From Chrysomallon squamiferum (lineage: Eukaryota > Animalia > Mollusca): a stretch of 64,000 nucleotides of DNA. The notes beneath the pieces are model-generated. The model saw only the letters and a program-made list of their open reading frames with translations. It had not been told where the DNA came from and made no database searches. Shown here in pieces: positions 15,251-59,463 of the stretch. A program made the translations under genes and the position numbers. The stretch spans positions 15,996,001-16,060,000 of the forward strand of contig CM022679.1 of the NCBI GenBank assembly GCA_012295275.1. The letters run 5' to 3'. How positions within the stretch are numbered: the stretch's first letter is position 1; each line of letters begins with the position of its first letter.

Positions 15251-16128
15251 AATAAATATATACATACAAATATATCACACACAGACACGCACATACACAT
15301 GCATGCATACATACATAGATGTATGCAAACAGATATACATGCAGCATCATGCATACAGACACCATTCATATACAAATATACACAAAAGTATAATAAATCT
15401 GTCTACAATACTGCACTAATATATTCGCAATATTTTCTTTAATTAATTGACAGGTGTTGGTTGATATTAACAGAATTTCAGTTTGCCTTTGATCTTGCTA
15501 TTAAAAGTACCCCATGCAGAGGATACAAACAAACCCCAGCTGTCAGACTGACCACTGGTCAACCACTTTTCATAAATGTGTACATGCTGCAGCTGCGACA
15601 ATTAATCTTAATTTGTATTTACATTTTAAGTCTTTATCAGCATTCGAATACGGTTCACAAGAGGATTCAGCTTATTGTAACAAGGCGTTTATTATTGCCT
15701 GACCATTGTATTAGTTCACGCTCCATCTTGTGTAATGATAATACATTTTGAAATGGTACCTGTAATAAACATTTAATATGAACAAACTGCTATATTGCTT
15801 TCTCTGTTGCCATACTTTATACATTGTCGTACATTTTTGTTTGATAGTGTTGTTGTTCGTTTTAATTTTTAATTTAAATTTAATAAATCACTCAAACATT
15901 TTCAGTTGAAGCTGCATTAAAAAATATTAGGAACAAAAATAGTAGAAATAATAGTAATTGTTAAAGTTGTAGTAATACGTAGTAGCAGTAGTGATGGTAG
16001 TAGTAGAGATAGTTTCACACTATTTTATTTTAAAAAAAAAAAAGTAATTAAAATGTAACCAAATAAGATTTGCTTTTGCTTTACTATTTATTCCAAAATT
16101 CTAACTGGGTAAAAAAAAAGAAGTATGA

Positions 16129-16159
<31 letters not shown>

Positions 16160-16967
16160 GATGGTGATGATTTTGGCGATAATGACGCTGATGAACATGA
16201 TGATGTTGATGATGACAATGACGCTTATGGTGATGACGATGACGCTGATGATGATGATGATGATGATTCGTGTCCGACACAGTTCGTTATTATATTTTTG
16301 AAACATGAAGATGTCGTTACAGATGAACACTATAATGGTGAACGAAAGTTATTTATCAGAAATCCCCAGACGCGAAACATGAGGTAAATTGAAATGGTTC
16401 TGTCGTAGTCAGCCACACACTGCGTAACGACTTTGCTGAAATTGTGAATGACATCAAGTTGTTCCCCATCCAGCCTTCTCACCAGTCCGTTATCAGATTG
16501 ACTGTCAATACTTGAAACATCTCGATCATTTTTTTCGTAACGTTTTTCAGCTGAAATTGCCTTCAAGTTATTATATATATTTTTTTATCCTTTTTCGTTT
16601 AAAAAATAAAAAAAAATAAAAAATCACAAAAAAACACATATATATGCCTAGTATATAAATATATTTAAAACCGGCAAAGATGTCGTTTTCGTTATTTTGA
16701 TTGTTAAATTATACATTAAGCAACATTGATTTTTTTCTCATGAAAAATTCTTTTCAAAAGCATCTGTTTTGTGTTGAATCTCAGTCCGTCTTTTTATATT
16801 AAGAAACGCCCATTTGATGATGATGATGATGAACATTACTATCATTACTGTTGTTCTTATTTTACTATTATTATTATTATTATTACTATTATTATTTCAA
16901 AACATTTTACTTTCTCTTTACTAAAATGATAATTCGTCCATCGGTAAATATAATTAAATATGCAAAG

Positions 16968-17015
<48 letters not shown>

Positions 17016-17387
17016 TGAAATCAGTTTTTAACGGCAAGTTCGTTACCTTCGATCGAACTGTTTCCATACTTCAGCATCATCAAAGGCAAACATAATACAA
17101 AAACCGAGCAATTTTCCTTTCCTTTCTAATACCAAACTAGTCCGTCTTCAATTTGTCCCCGGGATAGTAAAGTCTGTTATTTCATTTTCTGATTACTAGT
17201 ATGTACTTTTCCATCAGAAATCTAATATTGTAGCATGAATTGAAGAACCTGTATTCCTTTGGCTTTAGTCAATGCTGGGTCGTAATTACGCTCTAAGCTT
17301 CAAATCCATTTTGTTCTGTGTGTGTCTTTGCTTGCTTCTGCCCAAAATCCTCTGTGACGTTTTGTTTTTGGGGGTGTATGTATGCGA

Positions 17388-17439
<52 letters not shown>

Positions 17440-19557
17440 GTTGCTATTTTCAACAAAACAATATTAATATTAGATATGTGACTGCGATTATTGTAAAGAA
17501 AGAAAAATTGAAACTAAAATATCTTTTGATGCAAAACGATAAGAGCAGCTCATGAAATTTAATCATTATGGAAAATAAGTAATAAGATATTTTACACATA
17601 ATAACTGTCATTGTAGCTATATGTCGTTAAATAAATATTCATTTATCTAGACACACATGCGAACCCCACTTCTTGTCCTGCTACAGTCCGATGATTAAAC
17701 CTGATCGCAATCAGACTGAAATAGCTGAATTATACAAATATCACTTTAAGTTCTCTATTATCAAATTTACTGAGATTGTTATTAGGATATTTTTAACTGA
17801 AAATCGTTTTCATTTTTTTTTTTTTCATTTACCTTTTTCTTCTTCTTTGGCTATAAAAATAATCAAATATATGTTTTTATATGTATTTGAAACTGAAGCC
17901 ATCAATAGTGTTCTAATCTAAAAAAAACGAGACAGAGTTATCCATTTCCGGTGTCACACATGCACATTTTTTGATGTACGGATTTGATTGATTCAGCATG
18001 TTAGTTCCGTTCTGTCTGACGAAGGTCGGGCATGCAAATGATGGTAATAAATTTTCCTCACTGGTGTCTCGTTACGTCCAGAAAAACCTTCAATTTTTGT
18101 CCATAACAGCTATTACATGAGTACCACGATCTGCCGGTTACCAAATCACGTTGTATGATAAAAGAGTTTTTTCTTCGTTTTTCACTTTGAATTTTTTCTT
18201 TATTTTCTTTCATATATTTTTCATTATTTCTGGGTTATTTTTATTTTTTTTTTTTTTTTTTTTTTTGCTTTATTAATTTCATCTTTTTTACATTACATTT
18301 AGTTTTCTAATCAGTACGTGCCTGTCAAAGATTATAATCTACGAAATTAAGTTTACTCCCAAAAGAATTTTAAAAAATAAGAAAAGTAAGATTTAATTAA
18401 CTGTACTTAATGAAATGAATTTACGGGTCACATTTTTGTCAGATACTGTAGATCTATCGAAATGAAAATAATTTTGCTAACTTCATTTGTACCAGAGTGC
18501 GCTATAGCTTACACAATCCTAAATTTAGTGTAAAATTAAGTTAGTCTATTTTTTTTTTTGGCGTGTCACCAGCTAATGAATTTAGTTTCAAGATGCTGAT
18601 GATTGCCGTTCTCCGGAGGCCTGCAGCCTATAAATTCTTCACGTTAAACGAGAAAGAAAAAACCTGTTTTCAGTGCAGTTTAAAACGTTTCTGATTGCTG
18701 TGTACGTGTTCTCATTGGTTCGTGAAATAAACAAATTAAAAAAAAAAATGGTACTTGGCTGATTAGGAGAGTGATGATAATACAAATTAATAAATAGTTT
18801 CTAAATATAAATTATAATAGTGAATATGGCAATAAATAAATAATATAAAATGTGAATATCACAGTTGTGCAGTTAAATATGTAAAACGAAGAAATAAAAT
18901 ATATGAATTATGCTACAGAACACACAGGAGTTTGCGGGTGCGCATGCGTATATATATCACATCTGGTATGAAGAGACAAGTAGTCAAGAGAATGAAATAA
19001 ATATACAGACGTTTATTACAAAGAAACATCTATGAAATATTCACTTAATATCTGGCTTCGGACACTGTAAACGTATTAGAAGATTACCTAAAACGTTGCC
19101 ATGGTGATTTAAATATACCGCGCATTAAGTCAGACTGACTGCATTCATCTGCCGCGAAATTAAAAACTTTCGTTCCAACCTGTCAGACACGATCCATGAG
19201 TGTTGTATTCTTAACACCACTTAGCAACACTAAGTTAGTAAATCTGGACCAAAAAAATTATATTGTCTTAATTCAGGAAAAGTTCTGTTTTTGTTCAAAC
19301 GCTGAACCAGTCGAATTAAGAATTGTTATATTCATATTATATTCGTGTTCTGTAATAGAAATATATTCTCTATAATATGTGATACGTGGGATGTGACTCG
19401 AAAGTGAAAAACTCATCTGAAGAGCGACCAGTGCAGTAATGTCGGAGGACTCTGCTTCACACTGGTGTGACAAAGATGTGAGTTCACTGGTCAGTGTAAA
19501 GGATTCTCCTTCTGATTTAAAAAGAAAGCCTCCATGGATTTCTTCTTACGTGTTTTG

Positions 19558-19577
19558 GTTATTGTTGTTGTTATTGC

Positions 19578-19608
<31 letters not shown>

Positions 19609-19687
19609 ACATTTAGATTTATATAAACACATAGAGCACGGTATATGTATGTATGTGTGTGAGTGTGTGTGTGTGTGTGTATATATG

Positions 19688-19718
<31 letters not shown>

Positions 19719-19912
19719 GTATGTATGTATGTAAGTGTGTATATATATATATATATACACACACACATGTATGTATATGTACAAATATATATATATATGT
19801 GTATGTAGACATATAAATATATATATACACACACACAAACACCAAATTTATCTCGATAAACATTTGCTAAATCATTCTGCATGCTTGCAAATAAATATAT
19901 ATATATATATTT
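19558..19912. repeat. (TTG)n plus compound TG/TA/CA microsatellite
   Basis: Directly visible. Confidence 0.9.
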
Positions 19913-19939
19913 ATTTTTAGTTGTTTGTTTATGTAGTGA

Positions 19940-20345
19940 TAGAAATATGAAAATAGTACTAAACATTAATACAGGAACCAAATTTAGTAATAGTGAAAAA
20001 TAGTAGTAACAGTAGAAGCAGAAGTAATTCTGAAAAAAAAGTGCTTAAAGTAAATTAGTAATAGTTAAAATTTAGTTTAAAATAATTGTTTGTTTTGAAG
20101 CAAAGTGATAGAAATACTGAAAATAGTACTAAAGTAATAGTAGAAATAGTAAAAGCAGAGGTAGTTATAGAAGTAGTGAAAATAGTAGTAAAGTAGTAAT
20201 GGTAGAAGCAGAAATAGTAATATTGAAAATAGTGCTAAAGTAATAGTAGAAACAGTAGAAGCAGAGGTGGTTATAGAAGTAGTGAAAATAGTAGTAAAGT
20301 AGTAATAGTAGAAACAGTAATAGAAATAGTGCAAATAGTGCTTGT
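19940..20345. repeat. Degenerate (AGT/AAT)-derived low-complexity repeat
   Basis: Repeated GAAAATAGTACTAAAGTAATAGTAGAA and GTAGAAGCAGAGGT blocks. Confidence 0.7.
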
Positions 20346-21474
20346 ATTTTGTAATATCAAAAGTGTATTGATCAGTCAAATGAAATAGTGTCAAGAAACG
20401 TACTGAGAGAGATTTGTAAAAAGACAAAGCTGTCTTTGAGTGGCATGTGTAGAGCTACTTGGAACGTAACTACCTAATTAGCATAATACTATTAACTTAT
20501 TACCACAGTCAGGAGCAGTTTAACAGAATTAAAAAATAACGAAATAGCAATATAATAATTATTTTTAAATTTAACACAGAAAATTAAGACCAGACTGACA
20601 TCAATGGAAGATTTAAAATCATTTTCTTCGGAAGATATATTAATATGCGTCGTAACTATTGTTCAATAAGCCATAAAATATCAAATTTCTACAGCATATA
20701 AAAAAAATATATATAGAAGAATAAATGGTTTTTTAACGGTAATCGATAATTTTTGGTATTCATTTACAAAATGTCTTTTAACATGATATTTTCTTCGCTC
20801 TATATGGACATCTATATATATGAAAATGTCTTATAATATAAAAATATTTTGTTCGATTTCTTTTTTTTAATATCTACAAAAATAGCCAGCAAATATGGAA
20901 TTTTTGGCATAGTAAGACTTGAAATCAGTCATACTGGCGGTAATGAGGTGTTAGGCGTCGTTCTGCATGTTAAGAAATACTTTTTCTTCTTCTTCTTCTT
21001 TTTTAAAATTTATTTTAAAGATAAAAATGTTTACTGACTTTATTTTCTTTTTGATTATTTATTTAAGAGATAAAGTATTTATTTATTTTATGAACTGGAA
21101 ACTAATAAAAATTTGACTGTTATTATCTTCAGTGTAGGCGCCAAGGATTCCGTAAAATATTTCCTACTCTATAATGACGATATAAAAAACGTGGTATTTT
21201 TTGCATTACTTAAATTTTTTTCACGTTAATTTAATTTAATTTCATTCTATTTGTTTACTTGCAATGAAGAACAAATATTAATTTTTATTTCATTTATTTT
21301 GGTAAATAATGATAAAACTTTCAAAAATAAATAGATAGGAACAAATTAAAATAAATCATTTGTTAATTTAAACATACTGTGAAAAATTACTTTGTTTATT
21401 TTCAGAACAGCTTAACAGTAAATCATTTAACCGAATTTGCCGTGTGTCATTATTTTTTTGTTGCGGAGATATTG

Positions 21475-21501
21475 ATTGGAAAAGTGCATGTCACGTGACA
21501 T
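21475..21501. promoter_or_regulatory. Candidate NF-Y (ATTGG) plus E-box/CLEAR (GTCACGTGAC) composite element
   Basis: ATTGG 21475-79, 12-nt spacer, CACGTG inside the perfect palindrome ATGTCACGTGACAT (21488-21501); motif-only evidence. Confidence 0.3.
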
Positions 21502-24500
21502 CAGAAAGCTACCGATATCTGACAGCTGTATATGAATGAATGGCAGTTTTGCAAAAGCGGGAAGTGAATAGATGCATAAAATAATTGACAGATGACACAA
21601 ATAAAAGCTTCTTCATTTGCACTAGTTTGCTAAGAAGTGCAAACTGTACTATAATAACTAAGACATACCGTATTTGCTCGTGTTTCACTCTCACATTTCT
21701 GTATCTGAATTCAATTTAAAAAGTTGTAATGCGATTTATACATTCCAAGAACTCAGTAATTTATTTTTCCACTTTTATATAGACCATCTGATGGAAATTA
21801 TTTAACATCATTCATGCATTTTACAAGTGTTCCATAATGATGTTTATGATTTACTTTCGTCCGTAAACATTATGCAGTATGACGTCATACCGATATTCAA
21901 CACCAAGATATATATTTCATTAAATTTCATTAAATTAATTTTGTAGGGATATCCAGTGTAATACTTGTTAATGCTACGTATACACGATTAAATACGGTAT
22001 CTCCTTTTATCTTTGTGAAGCTGTCTCGGTTTCCGATAACCTATGGTATACTGACTGTTTATACGATCGCCTCTACTGAGTAAATTCCTATTCCAACCAA
22101 TGCCAAATCATTAATTTAACAGAGGCCTGGATACGTGATAAATGATTTTTCACTGGTAACGAATTGTTCTGGCAGAGAGATTCCTTTTTTATACATCATC
22201 ATTGTTCCAGAAATAACAAATATATAGCGTAACATCTAATTAATTTTAACAGTGAAATATATTGAGAAGTTGCTAAAAAAAAACCCAACAATAATTCATT
22301 TAATTATTTACATTTGGATAGAACCCCCACGACTGACTTAAATGAACGCTCGAATGCAGAGTGAAAGTTATTTCTGCGATTAAAGCTGATGAAAGAGGTA
22401 TAGTTGAAGTTTTAAGTAATTACGAACTGACCAGTTTAAGAAATATACCTCCCAGTGCTGTTTTCACATCCATTTCTCATATTCGCTTCCGTTTGCAGAC
22501 ATTGATTTTAACTCTGAAGCGAATGAGATGATAATTGCTTGACTAGCCAAAGGATATCGTTTCTAGATGAACTTCGCTCTGTAGCATTTTCGTCTATCTA
22601 TCAAAGTGGCGATTCGTCAGCGAAGTGAAAAGTTTTTTTCGCATCTACCAAATAAGAACCCGAAAACTACAAAACGATTTAATAACTGTACTGATACTTT
22701 CAAGAGAAGTCTGATTATAGCCAATGGGTGTGATTTGCACAAAGGAATAATCAACAGACTGGTTGGATTTTACACAGAGATCAGTAATAGAAAATGGATG
22801 ATTTGTTGCTGTTTGTTCACCGTACGATTCATTGACGTATCTGCTCACAGGAAAATGATTGATAGAGATAAATCATTCAACAAAGCTGTACTTGTTTACG
22901 ATCTTAACTCGTGCTAAACTATTAATCTTCAATAAACTGATTTTCATATTATTATAGGGAATGAAGTTTGTCTCTGAAGAGGATAAACAATCTAAACTGT
23001 ATAGAGAAGCTGATTTGACCAAACAATAATAATAACCTTGATATGAAACGAATGTAATATTTGTAAAAAATAAACTAATAATAATAATAGCATAATAAAA
23101 TTGTATTAATAATTAAACAGTAACTGATGCATGGCTAGATCTTAATGAAGCACACTTGATTATCCATTCACAACAAAAAAAGAAAAAAATTAAATAAAAG
23201 TAAAACTATAAATCGAATTCAATTTTGGTAATATTTATATGTCCAAACAACTTTAACAAAGTGAGATTTGAAAAGATATTTTCTCCAAATTCAAATTAAT
23301 ATAAACGATGCTGCAAAATAAAATGCACTTCTGTAAATCCCTGAAGAATATTCAATACATTATCCACATACAAAACACGCAACATACTGATGGAATCGAG
23401 TCAAATTTATTTCACCAGAACAAAGACAATCAGAGAACAAAAAAAGATTGCAAAATTGATATGACGTAAAATTATGGTCGAATCCAGTGAATGTGCAAAT
23501 CCTGGAGGGGTTAAATTTATTAATATTATTATTTTGCACGACCCCATATCTAGCTGCAGTACTTTGTACTGACAGTTATTGTACAGTAAATCATCTTTAG
23601 ATCTGTGTTTTTTGGACCTTATTTAAAAATAAGTGTCATAGATCTTTTCAAATTACCTCTAAGTAGAATCAGATATGTTCAGCGTGTTGTTTTAATACTG
23701 ATTTACAGAGATTAGCCACACCGATTAGTAATTCGTTTCTAAAGTACTGGCGTATCATTACAACAACAAAAAATACACACACAAAAACAAGAGCACGGTT
23801 AAATTGTTTGTTTACTAATATTTTTTAAAGAAATGTTTGGCAATTATTGACTCTGATTTTCCGCTGACACTTGCAATAAGAATCTGTTTTTCTAGCAGAT
23901 AAGAAGAAACGATTAGCTGTTTTCTGAAACACCACGGCTGATGTCAAATGTTCACAGCACATTTTGATAGCGGCTTCAGTATTTGTGTCTAAATACTTTA
24001 CCTTTGAGAAAGTTCTGAAATTTTTTATAATTACTGACACTGACATTTGAAATAAAATAAAAACAAAGAGGCATATTAACAACATCAAGTTTCATTTACT
24101 TAGTAAAGAATACACTTCATGATTTAAAATTATTTATGACTACGAATCAGTAAGTGAAAAAAAAAAAAATATATATATATATCACTTGCACACAAAAAAG
24201 GTTCATTTTATTTTTCGGTTGTTGTTATTTTTTTTTTTTCTTCACCCTATTTTTTAAAATTATTTATATATATACATACATACATACATACATACATCTT
24301 TTTGCATAATATGAATTTTTCTTTCTATAACTTATCTTTATTCAAACCATTCGTGTGTTTTTACTTAGAATCAAGCGACAGTAAAAAAAAATAAAAAAAA
24401 ACACACAGATATTAAGTCACCTTACTTTTACAATAGCAGCATATCAAATCTTCACAATATATGCATTTTGTTTTCACTCATTTTTTTCTTATAAAATATT

Positions 24501-24695
24501 TTACGTGTACTGCATTCCACCACTGTGTTTTGTACAACACCGACCCGTCTGATAATCAGTCTAACAACTCACACTTCTTAATGTCTTAATTAGACTTTCA
24601 AGTGATATTTTCTGTTTTTTAATGAGGAATTTAATGCTTAAATATATATTTTTTAATTATTATTATTATTTTTATTTATCTATTTTATTATTATG

Positions 24696-24743
<48 letters not shown>

Positions 24744-27011
24744 TAATATCAATTCCATCATTCAATAACTCGTGATCTGTAATCAAACGATTCGATAAAG
24801 GTCAAGAGAATATTCAGTTGTAGTTGTTTTTAGGTGGTATTTTTTTATTATCATTTATTTATTATTTTCTTTATATTTTTTGTTCATATAGATTTTTTGC
24901 AGGTTTTATTTTTATTTTTATTATTTTTCCTTATTTTTAGCTATAAATTAATAACTAATAAGTGAAATTATTAATTTGTGAGCTGGCTCTTCCTGGGTTT
25001 TTTTCTTTTTACTTCCTTTAATAATTTTCATTTTATTTTTCTTCTTCTCTATCTTTATCCTTTTATCTTCTTATTTATAATGAAACATTTAATTTGTAAA
25101 GAAAACAACTGGGCCTTTGTTTTCAAAGTTTCGTCCAGCAAATTGCTGGCGTGTTCCTTGTTATACATGCCATGACCGCCCTTTAGATATAACACATAAC
25201 TGAACATATCAGCTTTAGCACAGCCGTCGTAATCTTAAATCTAATACTTTACAGATAAATTGAGTCGCTAAAGAAAGATTATAGGCACGCATAGCGCGTG
25301 TTTTTTAGGACTTTTTTTTTTTTTTTTTTTTTTTTCCAGTAATTATGTTTCTGTGATTAGTTGTAGCATGTGTTTATCTGGATGATGTATTTTTTTTTTT
25401 ATCATTTGGGCAGAGGAATGAACGGGTAAATTTTCACGAGGTAGTCGCTGCTGTCTGTCTTACACTGAGCTATACCCAGTTCCATTCGTGTGAACCACTC
25501 CTCATATTTTAACTGCATAGACAGGTCTAGGCTAAATTTCTTGTGCATATGTGTTGTTCAAGCATGTACGTAGTGATGTTAATATGCATGTATGGTTGCC
25601 TAGTTGTAGGTAGGTAGATAAAATATCGCTTCGTCTGATAATATAGCAATAATAGATTTACCTCGCAAAAGCAGTACTCAAATTTTGATGTTACACATAC
25701 ATTCAGCTAGTTACAAATGTTTTCAATCGACATTTGGGAAAAAAAAAATTTCTCTTTACAACTTATAATAATTGTTTACATTTGCGACTTTTCACAAAAT
25801 ATTTAATATACATTTCTCTGTCTCGATTTCATCTTGTCCAACCAAAACGTCACGCAACTAAACAATGAAAAAAACGTTTTTGCAGTTCTGTGCAGTAACA
25901 ATGAATATTACAAATGGCGCCAGCTGTCCATAAATACCACAAACAGAATGGTTTCTGGGATATCTTTTTCTAAATTTGGGCTCGTGTAGATTGTACTAAT
26001 ACTTACTCGAGTGTAATAAATATTGTTTCTAATGGTAGATGTGTTTTGTGTCTCAGCATACCATGAAAACATGAATAATCTTCGACGTGTTCTAGCAGTG
26101 TCGTCTGGTGCAAGATTTTCTTGTAATTCTTACTTCACAGCCCGTTCCTTTTAGTTTTGCTTTTTATTATCCTTTTTTGTAAATAACAAAAAAATAAAAA
26201 ATAATAAAATATCTAATGTAAACTATCTCCGTGTAACTGACTTGTCACGACAGAAACTGCTAGTACGCTCAGAAATTTTATATTACCGGTGTTATTCAGC
26301 TGCTTTTGAGACAAGATCTTATCAGTATTTCTTTCTGAAACGTCGTGTAAACTTGTTTTGACACGACATTTTGTCAACTTTTCATTTATCACTGTGTTAA
26401 AGCAGAAATTTGAGAAATTTCGCAGACAGATCTTTAAATATTAGCTTCATATAATTGTCAAGAGCTCTGTAATAGGACAAATAGGGGAACAGCGAATCTT
26501 TTTGAATTTCTTTACAGATATCACTCAAATGTTACAGAATAATCTTATTGCTTTTAAACTGACGTCTGAAAAAGTTGACTTATCTCTCTCCCTCTCCCTC
26601 TCTCATTCTCTGTCTATCCATCTCTTTCATTCTGTATATCTCTCTTTCTATGTATCTCTCTGTATATCTATCTATCTATCTATCTATCTGTCTATCTATC
26701 TGTATCTCTCTTTCGAAGGCAGCAGAGGATTTCCTCTTTCATTAAGTGTTATTCTTAATATTACGTACTAACGCTGTTTAACCTTCTGTTATATATTTTG
26801 AATTTATCTCTCCCTACCAGGTGATTCAAGGAGATCATTCATATTATCAAAATCTTTTGTTATTTTTGTTAGTTCTAAAATTATGCGTCTTTTATTTGTT
26901 AAATGGTCAGCATACATCAATCATTTAATCATAATGATTTTTTTGTTTAATAAACTTGTTCAAAGAATAAGAAAAAGAAATAATCTATAAAATTCACTTT
27001 ACGTTTATTTA

Positions 27012-27013
<2 letters not shown>

Positions 27014-27075
<62 letters not shown>

Positions 27076-27086
27076 CACACACACAC
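27014..27086. repeat. (CA)n microsatellite
   Basis: Directly visible. Confidence 0.97.
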
Positions 27087-29083
27087 CAATAAGAAGATAA
27101 TTAAAAAAGCATGTAAAACCAAATTTATTAAATTAACTATTCGAGTATTAAAAACTGTTACTAACATATCTTTGACACACAGTAAATATTAAAATAATTT
27201 AATTTAAAAAAATAAAAATAATAACTGACGATGGCAATATTTTTAGGTTTGAGTCTTTAAAAACATTTTTAACATTGGTTACAGCACAATGATGATGAAG
27301 TTACTTTCAGACAATCACGGTTTCGATTAAACGTCTGCAGATATGATATTAAAATGGAGAAAAAAAGCCAGGCACTCCAGTGATTTCTTTCTGTAATAAG
27401 ACGAGTTAATTCATCACTGTGAGATGCTGTATGCGGCCTCTGACTTGCTTCTGCTGCTGTGACAAATTGTTTTCAACAAAACGTTGAATCTCGGCATTTC
27501 AGCTAACAAAGGTTCAAACCGAGACTGTTGAAAACGTCAGTCTCGACGTGGTTCACGACATCGTAGACGGCTGTCTCGTTGAATTTATACATGACCAGAA
27601 CCAACAGAAATGGCATCATCGTATTTCCGCATCACTGAAGTTATGTCACAACGTTTACCTCTCTTTCGTGACGGAGACTGTGTATTTGGGGGGAGTCCAT
27701 TAAAAATTAGCCTTCTTCAATTATATAAATGCATGTTTGTGCGCGCGTGTGTGTGTGTACATTAGTCATTTTCTTCTTTTCTGTTCTTTTCTTTTTCTTC
27801 TTTTTCTTTTTATTGTTTTGTCGTTTTTGTTTTTTGTTGTTTTTTATTGGGGTTTTTTTCATTTCATTTTACTTTAATATTTATTTTTATATTATTATTA
27901 TTTTCTTTCGTTTTTTCTTTTTAATGAAAGTCGTTTTGTCTTGCATTACTTGAAAATCAGTTTTTATCATTACATGTATTGGTTTCTGATATCGATTGTT
28001 TAATAATATTAGATTAAAAAATAGGCTAAATGTTTAATATGACTTGAAATTTGAGGTAATTATACAAATATCGCTGAGAAAGAAACCAGTTGAGTATTTA
28101 AAAAAGCAAAGAAAAACGATAAAACTTTTAGTATTAATACTCTAAATGAAATTGAATTGTAATTCTAAATTTTAAATGACAAAGCATTTATTCAAAAACC
28201 TAAGATTCCATTTAAATTTTTAGAGATTTGACATCTAATATTAAAAATATAAAATTTAAAAACACACACACACAGGCGCGCGCGTGCGCGTCTATTAAGC
28301 CTCATTATAAGATGTTTATATATAGATATATATATATCTATATATATAGTTCAAAAATACAAGTTCTTATGATATTGTCTTTGTGATATTCAAAAACGGC
28401 TCAAATATAATTATCCCATGCATAAAATTTCATAAATATTTTCTTGCGACATGCTTTAATATTAGTGAATTAGCATGTTAGATTAACACAATATCAGTGA
28501 AGATCTTCCATTGTGAAATTTCTGATACTCTCCCTTTATAATCTTAATTTAACTAATACCATTAAACAACGTAAATTGAAATGCTAGTGGCTAAATATCT
28601 GCCTATGTTAAACAATGGAGAACATTTTTACGAATCTATGACATAATTCTGTAGACATTATTTCTTGAATTATCGTCGATAAACAATGAACAGAACGTTA
28701 ATAGCTTTGGAATTGATTTAAACAAGATGATGGAGAATTTTCTTACAGTTTATATATACAGTTATATTCATGTATTCGTTGACAAATGATAGTCTGTTTG
28801 CATATAAAGTGTATAATGTGGCGACGTTATTTTCTGTTTTACTATATATCAATGTTAATTTGTAAAAAAAATGTTCTTCTTTGGCTCTCGTTTCGTGGTA
28901 TTCTTGTTATATATTACCCATTATGCTCACTGAAGTTCTTTCTTCCAAACGAGTGAACACTACTTACAACCAACAATAATATATCGGTTACATTAGGTAT
29001 CAGGCAGCGACAAATAAAGTGTTTAACGTAACAACTTTATTTCTGGACTGAGTAGTATCAGTGTATGTTTTCTACTCTTTCAG

Positions 29084-59432
<30,349 letters not shown>

Positions 59433-59453
59433 ATCGTGCTTTTATTAGAAACA

Positions 59454-59463
59454 AATAAATAAA
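59454..59463 (+). terminator. Candidate proximal polyadenylation signal(s) AATAAA
   Basis: AATAAATAAA just after the stop. The hexamer is common in this AT-rich DNA and others follow (~59603, ~59905), so the true 3' end is undetermined. Confidence 0.25.

Noticed and set aside
16282-16566. Exon-like segment (cacag|...ATGAG|gtaaat) and - strand ORFs
   Set aside because: Translation is unlike a GC ectodomain, and its phase-2 end does not fit the phase-0 acceptor at 29084.
19439-19550. ORF ending ...WISSY|gt, superficially like the expected MISY upstream exon
   Set aside because: Lacks the GP.C..A..A...NLP motif, and the donor GTGTTT is poor.
28275-28350. (CG)n run and TA-rich palindrome
   Set aside because: Low-complexity by-product of the microsatellite-rich background.
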